The notes beneath the pieces are model-generated. The model had not been told where the DNA came from, did not search any database, and was given only the letters and a program-made list of their open reading frames with translations. Below, piece by piece: positions 26,860 to 38,972 of a stretch of 64,000 bases of DNA. Position 1 is the first letter of the stretch. The number at the start of each line of letters is the position of its first letter. Position numbers and translations under genes: made by a program. The stretch spans positions 63,927,842 through 63,991,841 of the forward strand of contig NC_068984.1 of the NCBI RefSeq assembly GCF_001194135.2. The letters run 5' to 3'. The DNA comes from Octopus bimaculoides. Lineage: Eukaryota.

Positions 26860-27950
26860 TCAACACTACCCACTTATCAATACTTGTCAAAGCTGCCTAG
26901 TTTTCAGAATGCAGTTGGTACGTAAAGGCAATTTTAACCCTTACCATGAAAGAACGTTTTGTGGTGAAATAGAAACCAAAGAACGCTACATAAATTCCTG
27001 AAATTCTTAGGAATGAACTTATATGGACAGAGCAGGTATACTTCCATGGTATAAGATGTTTAAGGACTGTAGAGAAGAGGTGAGAGATGATGAGATATGT
27101 GGGAGAGAACGGAGCGTCATAACATCATAGTTGTTTGAGACAATTTGCATTTCCTAGATGAAGACTGTCGTGCGTCCTTAAATACAATAAGCTTTCAATT
27201 TAGAGTTGCTGCTTCAAAAAGATCTGAACAAGATTTGTGCAAAACTTGCTCCCAGGGTGCTTGTGATAAATAGAAGGCAAGACACATTGGTGACAGCAGG
27301 CAGATAGAGGAGCTCATTTCCGCTAATCCAAGTTTACTTGAGTCTCTTGTGACCTGTGCAGAAAAATCTACTATAACAATCCAGATACCATGAGACGCAG
27401 TACTGAATGGAAGTGTCGTACCCTTCCCTACATACTACTCCATTTTTACGACTGCATGTATATCTGCAACATCGATTGTGTTCTGTATTCGCTCTGGCCA
27501 GACGGTCAATTTAAAGTAAAGTATGTTATGGTCTTCAGGTAGTTCAGGAAGAGATTTCGTCGCAAAAGGCTAGAGCCCTTCCAGTAAATTTTAGGGCACC
27601 TAAACCATGAAAATGCACACGCTCACAATTGAATCCTCGTAACCAACTATTTGACAGGGAAGGGCATCAAAACAGATCTTCAACCTCCCAAAAATATTTA
27701 TGCCATACTCCCCGTGGCTTTCGGTTTTCTGACAAGCTGAAGCAAAACCTCAGATGCAGTCTTTTTAAAGAAAATAAAGGATTCTGAAAGCTTTCATTTT
27801 GGATGATGTTCATAGCCATTCAAAAGTAGCTGGAGCATTAAAATTGCATTGAAGTCAAAGAATCCTACTTTGAAGAAGATGTGCATTTTGTACTTCTTTG
27901 AAATTAATAAAAGTCATTCCTGAAAAGTTTCAAAATTTCTAGAATGAATC
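26860..27950 (+). mobile_element. Mariner transposase remnant
   Basis: Frameshifted motifs WYKMFKDCREEVRDDE, (F)VPRVL..., ELISANPSLLESLVTC, ...PDT.R.STEWK, and a PPYSPD-like/F.KLKQNLR region. TIRs were not identified. Confidence 0.8.
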
Positions 27951-28166
27951 TTGTGTAAAAGGGTCATTTTTGTCTATATCAAAAATCCGTATAATCAGTG
28001 TAACTCCAGCTGATTTTTATGGTACTTAGATACGTTTCAGGCAAAAATGACTCAGGCCAAAAATAGCTTAAAAGTATCACCTAGAAAAGATATGTATTGA
28101 CGTTTCATATTAAAATCATTCTTTAGGCACCAATAGCCAATTTTTGTAAAGAGTTATTGTTTACAG

Positions 28167-28262
28167 AGATATATTCTGATGTAGGTGGTTTATTTGGACG
28201 TTGCTGGAGATATTCATTCAGGAACCCTTTGAATGTTAAAAGATCATTTAATTCTCGTCTAC
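28167..28262 (+). CDS. Candidate exon (phase 1 to 1): IYSDVGGLFGRCWRYSFRNPLNVKRSFNSRL
   Basis: Acceptor gttattgtttacag, with only one frame open. The donor (CTAC|gtattg) is uncertain. Confidence 0.25.
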
Positions 28263-28454
28263 GTATTGGCATGATGTTAAAGAGGGTCAATCCAGTTGAA
28301 GTGAAAGAGTTTTATATTTGTGCTGTGACGCTTTTGCCGCGGTGTACATAAAGTGTCAGTTTACTTAATGAAAATAAGATAATATCTAAATGATAAATAG
28401 AATATAGATCATATATACAATTGACTTCGTGACTCAGTAATATAATATATTTAC

Positions 28455-28665
28455 ATAAGCAGGTGAGCTGACTTTGCCCGAGCAAAGTGCTTTGCAGTAT
28501 TTCGCCCGTCTTTACTGTCTAAGTTCAATTTCCGCCGAGGTCGACATTACCATTCGTCTTCTCCGGGTCAATAATATAAGTACTTTTTGAACACTCTGGT
28601 CGATGTTAGCGCCTTACCCTCTATCTTGAAATTACTGTCCTTGTGCAAAACTCTGAAATCAATAT
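28455..28665 (+). mobile_element. SINE family B
   Basis: aggtgagctg...gcagtatttcgcccgtctttactgtctaagttcaatttccgccgaggtcgac. Confidence 0.8.
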
Positions 28666-29154
28666 GACATAATCATCTTTAATTCTTATCTAAAATTCGG
28701 GCTGTGAAAAATAGTTATTCAATGTTATCAGACTTAACCAGTTTGCAAGACAACTGTTCGAAATACATAACCTCGACTTATTTACGGCTGACAGAAGACC
28801 TACACCTGGTTACTACAATAACAAAATGTGTATTCACTATGATATTATAACACACTTCTTGCAGAGGCAAATGACTAAATGATTTACCAGTCAATGTTTG
28901 CTGGTTGTAAACTGTAGGACTATAAAGCGATACTTGAGGATATATAAAAATGAACTTTGCTCCTTCAGTCTAATATTATGCACACATACCCAGGCACACA
29001 GATACATACATGCACACAGGTACACATACACGTACACACAGGAACACACACACACATACACTTGTGCGTGTATGTGTGTGTGCGCGCGCGTGTGTGTGCG
29101 CAGAAAACCTATACTAATGTTGATTAGATTTTTCTCTTGTATTGTTCTTCGTAG

Positions 29155-29228
29155 GTTTAAGGTTTTACAGATGGTTCCACAGAACTAGTTTCCATCAATT
29201 GATCAGACGTAGACAATTTGATTTTAAG
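29155..29228 (+). CDS. Candidate exon (phase 1 to 0): LRFYRWFHRTSFHQLIRRRQFDFK
   Basis: Strong acceptor tttttctcttgtattgttcttcgtag and donor AAG|gtagag. Confidence 0.25.
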
Positions 29229-29644
29229 GTAGAGAAAAGCAAAATGAAACAAAGCTAAATAACAACGTTAAGTTGTTAAAGTATTCATTTAGTTTTGTTC
29301 CCAGTGTTACATAAGAACAAAATGCTGAGTTGGTTCCACTCTTTACCACAATTTTGCATTCACCATTGTAGGGGAAATGGTTTCTGATAAATTTCATTTC
29401 GTTCTTTTCGGTGTTACATTATACATTTATATTTTCTCTAAGAATACAGTATTCAAGGACTATTTATAATTCAGTAATGTTTTCGGTCTAATTTCGTAAT
29501 AATTTATATTTTAGCCACCCATTTAATTGATGCTTGTAGTTAATGTGATGATAGCATCGATCATTCCAAATATGTATTCACACCAACCTGTTTGTTGACA
29601 GCGTCGATGTTCACACAACATGCACATCCTACTCACGCACACTC

Positions 29645-29783
29645 AGGTGCAGGCATGCCTGTGTGCTAAGAAGCTTGCTTCCCAAGCACATGATTCCGGG
29701 TTCATTCCTACTGCGTAACAGCTAGAGCGAGTGTCTTTAACAATAGTCTTGTAAGTGGATTTGGGAAACTGAAACAAGACCGC

Positions 29784-29790
<7 letters not shown>
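29645..29790 (+). mobile_element. SINE family A, 5' module
   Basis: aggtgcaggcatgcctgtgtgctaagaagcttgcttcccaagcacatgattccgggttc, followed by (TA)n. Confidence 0.85.
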
Positions 29791-29822
<32 letters not shown>

Positions 29823-31415
29823 NNNNNNNNNNNNNNNNNNNNNNNNNNNNNNNNNNNNNNNNNNNNNNNNNNNNNNNNNNNNNNNNNNNNNNNNNNNNNN
29901 NNNNNNNNNNNNNNNNNNNNNNNNNNNNNNNNNNNNNNNNNNNNNNNNNNNNNNNNNNNNNNNNNNNNNNNNNNNNNNNNNNNNNNNNNNNNNNNNNNNN
30001 NNNNNNNNNNNNNNNNNNNNNNNNNNNNNNNNNNNNNNNNNNNNNNNNNNNNNNNNNNNNNNNNNNNNNNNNNNNNNNNNNNNNNNNNNNNNNNNNNNNN
30101 NNNNNNNNNNNNNNNNNNNNNNNNNNNNNNNNNNNNNNNNNNNNNNNNNNNNNNNNNNNNNNNNNNNNNNNNNNNNNNNNNNNNNNNNNNNNNNNNNNNN
30201 NNNNNNNNNNNNNNNNNNNNNNNNNNNNNNNNNNNNNNNNNNNNNTATATATATATATATATGTATATATACAGAGAGAGAGAGAGAGAGAGAGAGAAAG
30301 AAAGAGAGAGCGAGAAAATATACACATTAAGTACACGACATCACCAACGAGTAAAAAATACGTAAACACAAGAGAAAAAAGAACAAGACAAAATACCAAA
30401 GGAAGATAACTCGCTCATCAGTCGTCGCCAGTTTATTACTACCCATTTCGTGCCATTAACGACAAGATAGGAATATTTCATATGACAACAGCTTCCATAC
30501 ATTTTAAAGATATAAAATTTGTGGCGAGTCAGGTCTTCGAACGAACAAACAACAACAGAGTGTGAGTAAACATTGAACAATCGACGAATACAACCATTAA
30601 GGGCCGTTAGGCCAAAAGGAATTGTAATGGGTAACGCTTTGGATAAATTTTGAAAGGATATAGAAGAAATAGGAGAAAAGGAAATAGAAGAGAATAAATT
30701 GTCGAGAGGCGAGAGAAGGAAATGACGTCCAGTTTGTTAGACGTGCATCTAAAAAATAGGGAGTAATAAAAATAGTATACAGAACATGTAAGAATGTGTA
30801 GATTCCTTATTTGAAGCTGTATTTTCAATGCACCTCTAGCACTAGTTATACGTTCTTACTGCAAGGGGCTCAAAAATTTGTCCGAAAGCGCGATATCAAT
30901 ACTTTAGAAATAAGGCGTATGTTAGGGAAGCAGCCATAGGGAAAATATTTGAGTTTTGATGCATAATACTAGGAAACAATATTGCCTGAGATTTCTACCA
31001 CCAATTGTAAGAACAGGTCTGTTGTATTACAAGAACTGTATTGTCCACTGTACAACTCAAAACTTAAAATATCTAAGTATCAAATTTATTCAAATGAATG
31101 TGTTGGAATATAAGCATTTGCCTGATCAGGAAATGAAAATAAACCTCGTTAGGTTCGTAGTTTTGGTAAGTTTAATTGCCGAGAGAATTGAAGAATGTAG
31201 CATCCAGATAACGATAAAGGAATTTATTTTCATGCTGATGGCACTTCCTTACTATTATGATGGGTTAGGGACAAGAACGGTAGATCATTTTACTCTGCAC
31301 TGAATTGGAATTTAACCAAGTCTTCCTGGATATTTCTGACAGTTTCAAGATTTTACTGTATCTTACACAGTCTGACTTGTCTTTTGAAAGTCATCTCGTT
31401 TCCCTTGCTACACTA

Positions 31416-31469
<54 letters not shown>

Positions 31470-32598
31470 TTCTCTCTCTTTCTCTCTCTCTCTCTCTTTC
31501 GCTGAACGATACTGCCCCTTAAACTATAAGTTCTTCGTGACTAAAACAACAAAATGCTACTTTTACATTTATTGATTTAACCACCAACAGAAAAGATTAT
31601 CTACCGCTAAATCCAATCCAATCCACATTCTGGTTGCAATTTGGAGTAAAAACTAATTCCCATTACTTAGTACGTCAGGCATTTGTGGGTGGTGAATGGA
31701 AATAAACTTGTAATTTCCCATTTTCCCTTGAGACAATTTAGAAAATCAATATTTTGAAATACGTGGTTTTCTTTGTTTGCTAATCTGTTTCTGTGTAAAT
31801 GAAAAAGTCAAAGCAACTATTTAGTATCGTTTGCAAAAACAATTTAACATGTTTTATTAGGTTTGGGAAATTATTTGTTATTTATCCTTTATTTTTGTGT
31901 GTAGCGCTCTCATTTAATTTCTCTGTGGAATGTAGTTTTTTATTGCCTTTAATGCATTTCAGGAGCATGCGAATTTCTGTGCATTAGTTTGGTATTTGGA
32001 TTTTTGTATTTTCATGTGTCTTCATTTATATTCAATAATAATTATTTCCATTATATATTTATGTCTTTTGTGTTTGTTTCTACATGCGAGTGCTTCTATG
32101 TTTCCTGGCTTTAGTGTTTTGATGTTTTGAGTTTCTTTCAAAGTTTTCAAGAGATAAATATTTTCCCTGCTATTAAATCGGCCGTCGCACATTTAGACTT
32201 CAAACAAATATTGCCGTTTTCAGTTAGAAATTTAATTTCCAAATAGGTGAAGAGTTGGAATGTTTACTCCTATCGGTTAAAGTCATGAAATAAATAGCCG
32301 TTAAATAGAAAATAAAAGTTGGTTTTAACATACTGAATCTATATTTGCGACAAGCATACTTTTGTCTGGAAACAATATATTTCTGAAAATTAATGCAAAA
32401 GATATTTTTGCATAAGCTGTGTTTTCAAATCTTCAGAACAAATATTTGGATAATATCGGGTTATTGAAAATGCGGATCACTGCTCATTCAAGTAAAATCA
32501 GGATTTAGTTTGAATTAGATATAGTTATTTGAGAATTTGCCTTTTATAAATGTCTTTGTTTTGTACTAATCTGTCATATTATATTATTGTTTCTTTAG

Positions 32599-32668
32599 AA
32601 GCTTATTCAGAAACGTGATTAAAATTGTGAGACTTGAAGTCTATAGTAGAACAAGAAGTAGAATGATG
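32599..32668 (+). CDS. Candidate exon (phase 2 to 0): SLFRNVIKIVRLEVYSRTRSRMM
   Basis: Acceptor ttattgtttctttag and donor ATG|gtgaat. Only one frame is open. Confidence 0.25.
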
Positions 32669-32894
32669 GTGAATTCCGTTTCCTTTTCTCACATATCTAG
32701 TAACTTCAATCGAAACATAACTATATCAACCATCTACATTGTAACTGAAAACTAGACATGTAATTTCTTTGAAACACAAATCTCTCAACCAAACATCTAT
32801 CTCCCACGTCTCTGTGAATCAAGTTACGCTACGTATATATTCGTTTCTCTCATAATTCAAATATCTAGTTTTCTTTAACACATATCGTTTTAAA

Positions 32895-33065
32895 AGTTTG
32901 ACACAGGCCAGAAATTTCACGGAGGGAGTAAGTTGATTATATTGAACCCAGTGCTCAAAAGTACTTATTCTATCGACACGTAAACGATGACAGGCAAAGT
33001 CAATGTGGACGGAATTTGAACTCAAAACGAAAAAACATGAAATACCGCTGAATGTGCCTGCCTGC
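32895..33065 (-). mobile_element. SINE family B, degenerate
   Basis: Core ccccagtgctcaaaagtacttattctatcgac...ggcaaagtcaatgtggacggaatttgaactc. Confidence 0.75.
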
Positions 33066-33310
33066 TCACCGTCATCTCTTTCACAGAGATATTAACAACG
33101 CATTTTCATTTCTGTGTCGCAGGTTTTGACTTTCTTAATTGAATTGTTCAACGATGTTTACTATTCTCTCAAAGACTTTTCCCAACCACTTGCTCAAAAA
33201 CTCTAGATTGATAACATTTATTTCAGCTTATTTCAATAATTAATTTTCATCTTGCATAATGCAAACATACAAGATACTTCTTGAATCCTGCACGTCTCAC
33301 ACACCGATAT

Positions 33311-33548
33311 TTCTTGTTTCTTTATTGCCCAGATGGCGCTAAACATAGAAGGAACAAACAAGGACAGATAAAGAGATTAAATATATTACATCAACCCCAG
33401 TGCATAACTGGTACTTAATTTATCGACCTCGAAAGGATGAAAGGCAAAGCCGACCTCGGCGGAATTTGAACTCAGAACTTAACGGAAGACGGAATACCGC
33501 TAAGCATTTCGTCCGGCGCGCTAACGTCTCTGCCAGCTTGCCGCCATA
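33311..33548 (-). mobile_element. SINE family B, full length, with probable target-site duplication
   Basis: Near-consensus body ending gctaacgtctctgccagcttgccgcc. Flanked by caccgatatttct (33302) and caccgatatgtct (33551). Confidence 0.9.
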
Positions 33549-35459
33549 GGCACCGATATGTCTGACGCACCGATATCTCTGACGTAGAAACTGCATTTTC
33601 GTAACAGAACTGATTTCACCACGTAGTATCCTACACTAACATGTACTCATTAATATCTCTATATTAATAGCAAGTCTATAACTTGCTTCCCACTCTCTAC
33701 AACGCTTCCCACGCTTCATCAGTGCATAAAGAAAGGAAAAGGTTGAACATGTTGTTATATACACCATTTCCCTGAACTAGTGTATATGCGAACCAAATAG
33801 CTATATATCAATAAATTCGCTCTAACTACTCGTGACAAAAGAATATGAGTATTCATCCTTGAAGATAAGCAACATTTCAATATTTCCAGCTTTACTGGGA
33901 ACTTTCCAAACCTTGAGATTCATGTAGTATCCGTCAAACGAAATGTGTCTGACATTGCCATAAAACTTTCTCTATCGTTGACTACCAATATCTCCCAGGA
34001 AATGGAGACAGTTATAGAAACGATCACAATTAGTAACTCGTATCACAGCAAGGTCTCGTGTGGATCTTTGTCGGCAAATCTTCTAGATATCTTAGGATAT
34101 ACACTAATGTTTCTTGATCTTTAAAATGTTGGCAAATGTAATATTGTTGCTCTAAGCATCTGAAACTAATTTCGAACACCTTCGATCATACATTTTCCTC
34201 AGTTGTCAGCAAAATAGATCTGGTGTTCTAGATCTATGATTTGCTAGAAATCGCATCAAGATATTGCGCATTTTAGACTGTTCTTTGAAAGTCTTAAAAA
34301 AGAAAGAACACATGTTATAATGAAATAATTGATAAATTATACCTGATGGAAATTTTCGAAGCTAAAATGCGTTTGATGTACTGGACAGACCTTGGGAAAA
34401 ATAACAAGAAAAACAACCACTTCATATTTATTCAGTACTTTCCTTACCTTATTGGTTATTTAATGAAGGACAGTAGAGAAATTAAAATGTCACCCGGAGG
34501 ACACTAGAAAAAAAAGATGTTTACGGCCTTATATGCCCAGCCATTTCAGATGAGATGAATTCAAAGATTTGTTGATACAGCCTCATATTAATTTGTTAGT
34601 GTGCTGTGCTATGCGACGTCATTTACACTACCATCATAAACAATAAAAAATGCTTTTGATCGTGTGTCTGATATACTGGGGATTTCAATATAAAAATATT
34701 TTTTTGCATTTTATGGAAATAGCATCAGTGGTTATAGAGCTATAAAGCTTCATTCAGTGACTTACTGCATTTCCGATGTAGACTGGCGCCAGGGAAGGTA
34801 TGAGAAAATCGACTAGAATAAATACCACAAATTAATTTTTGCATATTTGCATACACACCAGTTTATCGACTGTTTCTGTGCCGTTCTGTATATTTTCGCT
34901 GGTGAACATTCACATTTATAGATGTGCATGTGTGCATGCATTGCATGGGAATACATGTATGCGTGTACGTTGCTGTTTGTATGTATTTAGATATGTGTGC
35001 ATATATATGTATTTATATCTAGATATTGTATATAAATGTGTGTGTGGGTAAATGTATACACACATACATACGTTCATATATAGAGATGTGTGTGTGTGTT
35101 TGACGAAACAAAAGCATAAACAGAGGGTTAACAGATGTGAAGTCTATACTTATAGAGCATATCAAAGAGTAATGCAAATGGATCTTTTCTGTTGCTATGA
35201 AAATCTTGGAAATTTTAAAATTAAGTGAAAACTTTCAACTTCGGCATACAGATGTAATTTTACACGCTGCATATCTTTTGGAAATTCACTTGTACCAGAA
35301 AATTTTTAGAAACATTATCCAGAGGTTTAGTTTGATGTTTTTTGCCCAGTCAGAAAACAGAATTTGGAGGTGGTATTCTGTGCGTGATATCTGTCCATGA
35401 CATGTGTACGACGACAACTTAAGGAGTTAAAAATTGTATTTTTTAATAAAATCTAGCAT

Positions 35460-36135
35460 GTTGGAAAAGGCATGTCAATTATATCAAAATGCAGGGATGT
35501 GAGAATATTCCCTCCGTAAGTCACTGAGGGTTGAGTATCCTGGAAGAACTAATGATGTATGCATTTCTCTAGTGTATTGCGATTTGGAAATCGTATTTCA
35601 CAATGAAAATCATGTGTGGTCGCACGACACACCCCTCCAAAAGTTCCCTGATCAGGTAGCAGGCAACCTTCCTAGGCTGTATTTACGTCACGAGAAAAAT
35701 GTTTCGTTTTACTCAACAATCTTAGCAGGGCCGTCTATGTGAACTAGATTGCGGCGGAAGTTCTCCGTACCTATTTCTCGAACATAATTGTTGTAATCAA
35801 CAGATGTACACTGGCTTATCCCCACTTCTTTAACTCAAAACCGGACTGAAGTCATTTCCTTGACCCATGAGTGAGAAAAATATAAGCTGTATAGTCCAAA
35901 TAGGAAGAGTGCCACGTCCCAAACATATATCTTTTCTGACAGTCACGCACTCGTTACATCCTTTTCGGGTGCACCACCAGAAAGTTTCCCGCGAAGCATC
36001 ATCTGCATTATATAGTGTCTATGTGTACATAATTTTCTTTCATGCATAACGTCCTTCTCTTGCAAATAAAAAGCAACATCCACCTCCGCTTTCAATTTCT
36101 CTATCATATTCGAAAGGTTAAAAGAGTTGGTTGCG
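35460..36135 (-). mobile_element. Merlin (IS1595/IS1016-like) DNA transposase remnant
   Basis: The minus strand reads, across stops and frameshifts: FNLSNMIEKLKAEVDVAFYLQEKDVMHERKLC, FWWCTRKGCNECVTVRKD, FSHSWVKEMTSVRF*VKEVGISQCTSVDYNNYVREI, IDGPAKIVE*NETFFS*RKY..GR, and LPGYSTLSDLRR. These match the Merlin zinc-ribbon, VEIDE..F..RKY and PG.TI.SD.W motifs. Confidence 0.8.
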
Positions 36136-36897
36136 ACCAGACTTCCATACTTCTATTTAACTTGAAAAGGTTCGGGAGAGCACAGAGTCGAAACTTACGG
36201 GAACGGGGTAGTTACAGAACAGCATCCAAAACTATCTGTTCGTTTCTCACAAAAAAGAAAAGCACACATGAAAATGGCAAAAATGAGGTAGTACAAATGT
36301 TCAGAAATTAGGCTGCTGTCAAAGAAAATAGACAGGTGAAGACAATACACCTGGTTGCAGTTTTAAGCAGACTATATCTTTGCTTGTTATGGAAACAGGT
36401 ATCAAAATGCCTGTGGCTATCAATTCGCTACAATTAACATAAATTTGCAAATTATAAAAGCTATTAATTGTTTTTTTTTCTTCATTTCGAAACACGAATT
36501 TCATTTCCATAATTAACATAGAAAAAGACATCAGTACGTCGAATTTGAAAACAATACAAACAAAATAAAAATGATTGATATCCGTAACAGGAACGGAAAG
36601 ACTCCATGCAAAATACACGTCATGGAGTATTCAAATTGCAGAAAGTTAAAAAGAACCAAGAATGTAACTTGATGCCAGTTCACCGTTTGTTAATTTTTCC
36701 CCCATTTATACACATAACAGCCCAGTCACTATATTGCACCTCGGAAATCTTCCTCAAGGCAGATGTCACATCAATCAACTTAAAGATGGAGTTTAGATGC
36801 TAGTCTAACCTGAGCATTTACTGCATGTATCTATTATCTTATGGGTGCGTACTACGATATTTTTGACATCTTATTACGCACATAGTTATATATGTGT

Positions 36898-36928
<31 letters not shown>

Positions 36929-37027
36929 AGTAAGTGTGTGTGAGTGTGTTTGAGTGTGCGTGCGCACACCCACACATATTCATATATTCGAATGGATTTG
37001 CGCGTTTGCACATGTCTGCACATACAT

Positions 37028-37188
37028 GCTGTGTGGTAAGAAAATTGCTCCCAAGCCACATGGTTCCGGGTTCAGTCCCACTGTGTGACACCTTGGAAAG
37101 TGTCTTCTACTATAGCTTCGGGTCAACCAAAGCCTTTGTCTGTGGATTTTGTAGACGGATACTGAAAGAAGCCCGTAGAATATATATA

Positions 37189-37255
<67 letters not shown>

Positions 37256-37465
37256 GTGTGTGTGTGTGTGTGTGTATTAGTATATTTGCGCGTGTATATG
37301 TGTCTGTTTGTGGACCTCCGCACACGCCATCGCTCCACAACCAGTCTTGGTGTGTTTACGTACCCGTAACCTAGTGGTTCGACAAAAAGAACCGTTGGTA
37401 TAAGTACTAGGGTCACAAACATTAAATCCTGGGGTTGATTTCTGCGTCTAAAGGCGGTGTTCGAA
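37028..37465 (+). mobile_element. SINE family A, two-module copy with expanded (TA)n
   Basis: gctgtgtggtaagaaaattgctcccaagccacatggttccgggttcagtcccactg...aaaggcggtg. Confidence 0.9.
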
Positions 37466-37729
37466 TAAAAGCATAAAATAATATATATATGTTTGTATAC
37501 ACAAATACATATATCTATATGATATATGCATACAACTGTATGCATAGATGTATGTACGTACGTACGTTGTGCTACAGCTTGTCGCTCGCTATTGTACAAT
37601 CGGAAAAAATGTGGTCCCGAAACTGGCGTCTTGTACATGAATTTCCTAAAATCAACTGTTAGGTAAATTTTACAAGTGTATGTCTTCATCAACGAGGACG
37701 GGGAGATCGAGGCAGATATGTTTAATATT

Positions 37730-37939
37730 CTTTTTTCTACTCTAGGTACAAGGCCTGAAATTTTTGGGGAGGGGCCAGCCTATTAGATCGACGCCAGTAC
37801 GCAACTGGTACTTAATTTATCAACTCCGAAAGGATGAAAGGCAAAGTCGATCTCGGCGGAATTTGAACTCAGAATGTATCGACAGAAGATATAACGCTAA
37901 ACATTTCGCCAGGTGTGCTAACGTTTCTGCCAGCTCGCC
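37730..37939 (-). mobile_element. SINE family B with 15-bp target-site duplication
   Basis: Flanked by gatatgtttaatatt at about 37715 and about 37940. Confidence 0.9.
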
Positions 37940-38099
37940 GATATGTTTAATATTGAAGCTCTAACATATGTCCTGCAGTGAAGAAGGCGTCACTACGAAA
38001 TATCCTACAATCTCAGAATACATGCTAGCTCGACTTTAAAGGTATTTTGCTCTCCACACAACTATAGTTTGTTGATCGCAACAGTCCTGTATCAAATAA

Positions 38100-38312
38100 G
38101 GCGAAGAGCTGGCAGAATCGTTAGCATATTGGTCAAAATGCTTCGCGGTATTTTGTCCGTCTTTACCTTTTTTGAGTTCAAATTTCTCCGAGGTTGATTT
38201 TGATTTCTATCATTCGGGGTCGATGAAAAAAGTACCAGTTGAGCACTGGAGTCAGTGTAATCGACTAACACCCTCTCTCGAAATTGCAGACCTTGTACCA
38301 AAGTTTTAAACG
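38100..38312 (+). mobile_element. SINE family B
   Basis: ggcgaagagctggcagaatcgttagc...gagttcaaatttctccgaggttg...accagttgagcactggagtc. Confidence 0.9.
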
Positions 38313-38850
38313 AATACTCGTTTCAAATAATTTACGCTATGAGAGTTAAATTCATTTCTAGCTCACTGCGATGAATTAATTGCCTTTTAAAAGAAATCAA
38401 ACAATGTGATATATAGAATTATCAATTCTATTGTCTTTCATGGTATTTTGTTGAATGGACTTGTTCGTTGGCGACACCAAACTTACATAACAAATGTGAA
38501 AAACTAATCGTGACATGAAAATTTTAATTGTGGTCATTTAAGAATGTGTCGTTCGTTAAGATGTATGCGAAGGAAGATGTCCATCTTCAGGACTTAGTGC
38601 ACACGATTCTCATGATACTGTTAGTAGGTTCTTTGATAGTAGCACAATATAGCTTATGCAGGATTTTTATTTTGCTTATGCGGGATCTTTATTTTGTCAG
38701 CTGGAGACGATCAACTGTCTGAGATTTCTTTGTAGGGGGAGAATACTTTTGTGTTACATAGTTCTTTATGGCTTGTTATTCTATTTGAACTTTTAATTTT
38801 CTGAGAACTTTCGTGTCATTTATTAGTTTGCTTTTAATATTTTTTTTTAG

Positions 38851-38972
38851 ATCCAAGCGTTATCAAGGCTGTCAATGATGGGGGTTGTTGGCGTTGATAG
38901 CATTTTTATTCATGACTGCGTCTTCAAACATCTGCGAAGAGGATTTGAAGTGTGATAAAACTTGTATGAAAG
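38851..38972 (+). other. Candidate exon with strong splice sites but a stop codon in every frame
   Basis: Acceptor cttttaatatttttttttag and donor AAG|gtcagt. The phase-2 frame has a single TGA at 38876-38878. Confidence 0.35.

Noticed and set aside
30956-31303. 115-codon ORF with an internal gtaagt donor
   Set aside because: Non-ATG start, no homology I can recognise, and no good acceptor.
33850-34125. Stop-free + frame of about 88 codons (VFILEDKQHF...GYTLMFLDL)
   Set aside because: No recognisable motif and no convincing splice boundaries; compatible with chance or an unidentifiable decayed element.
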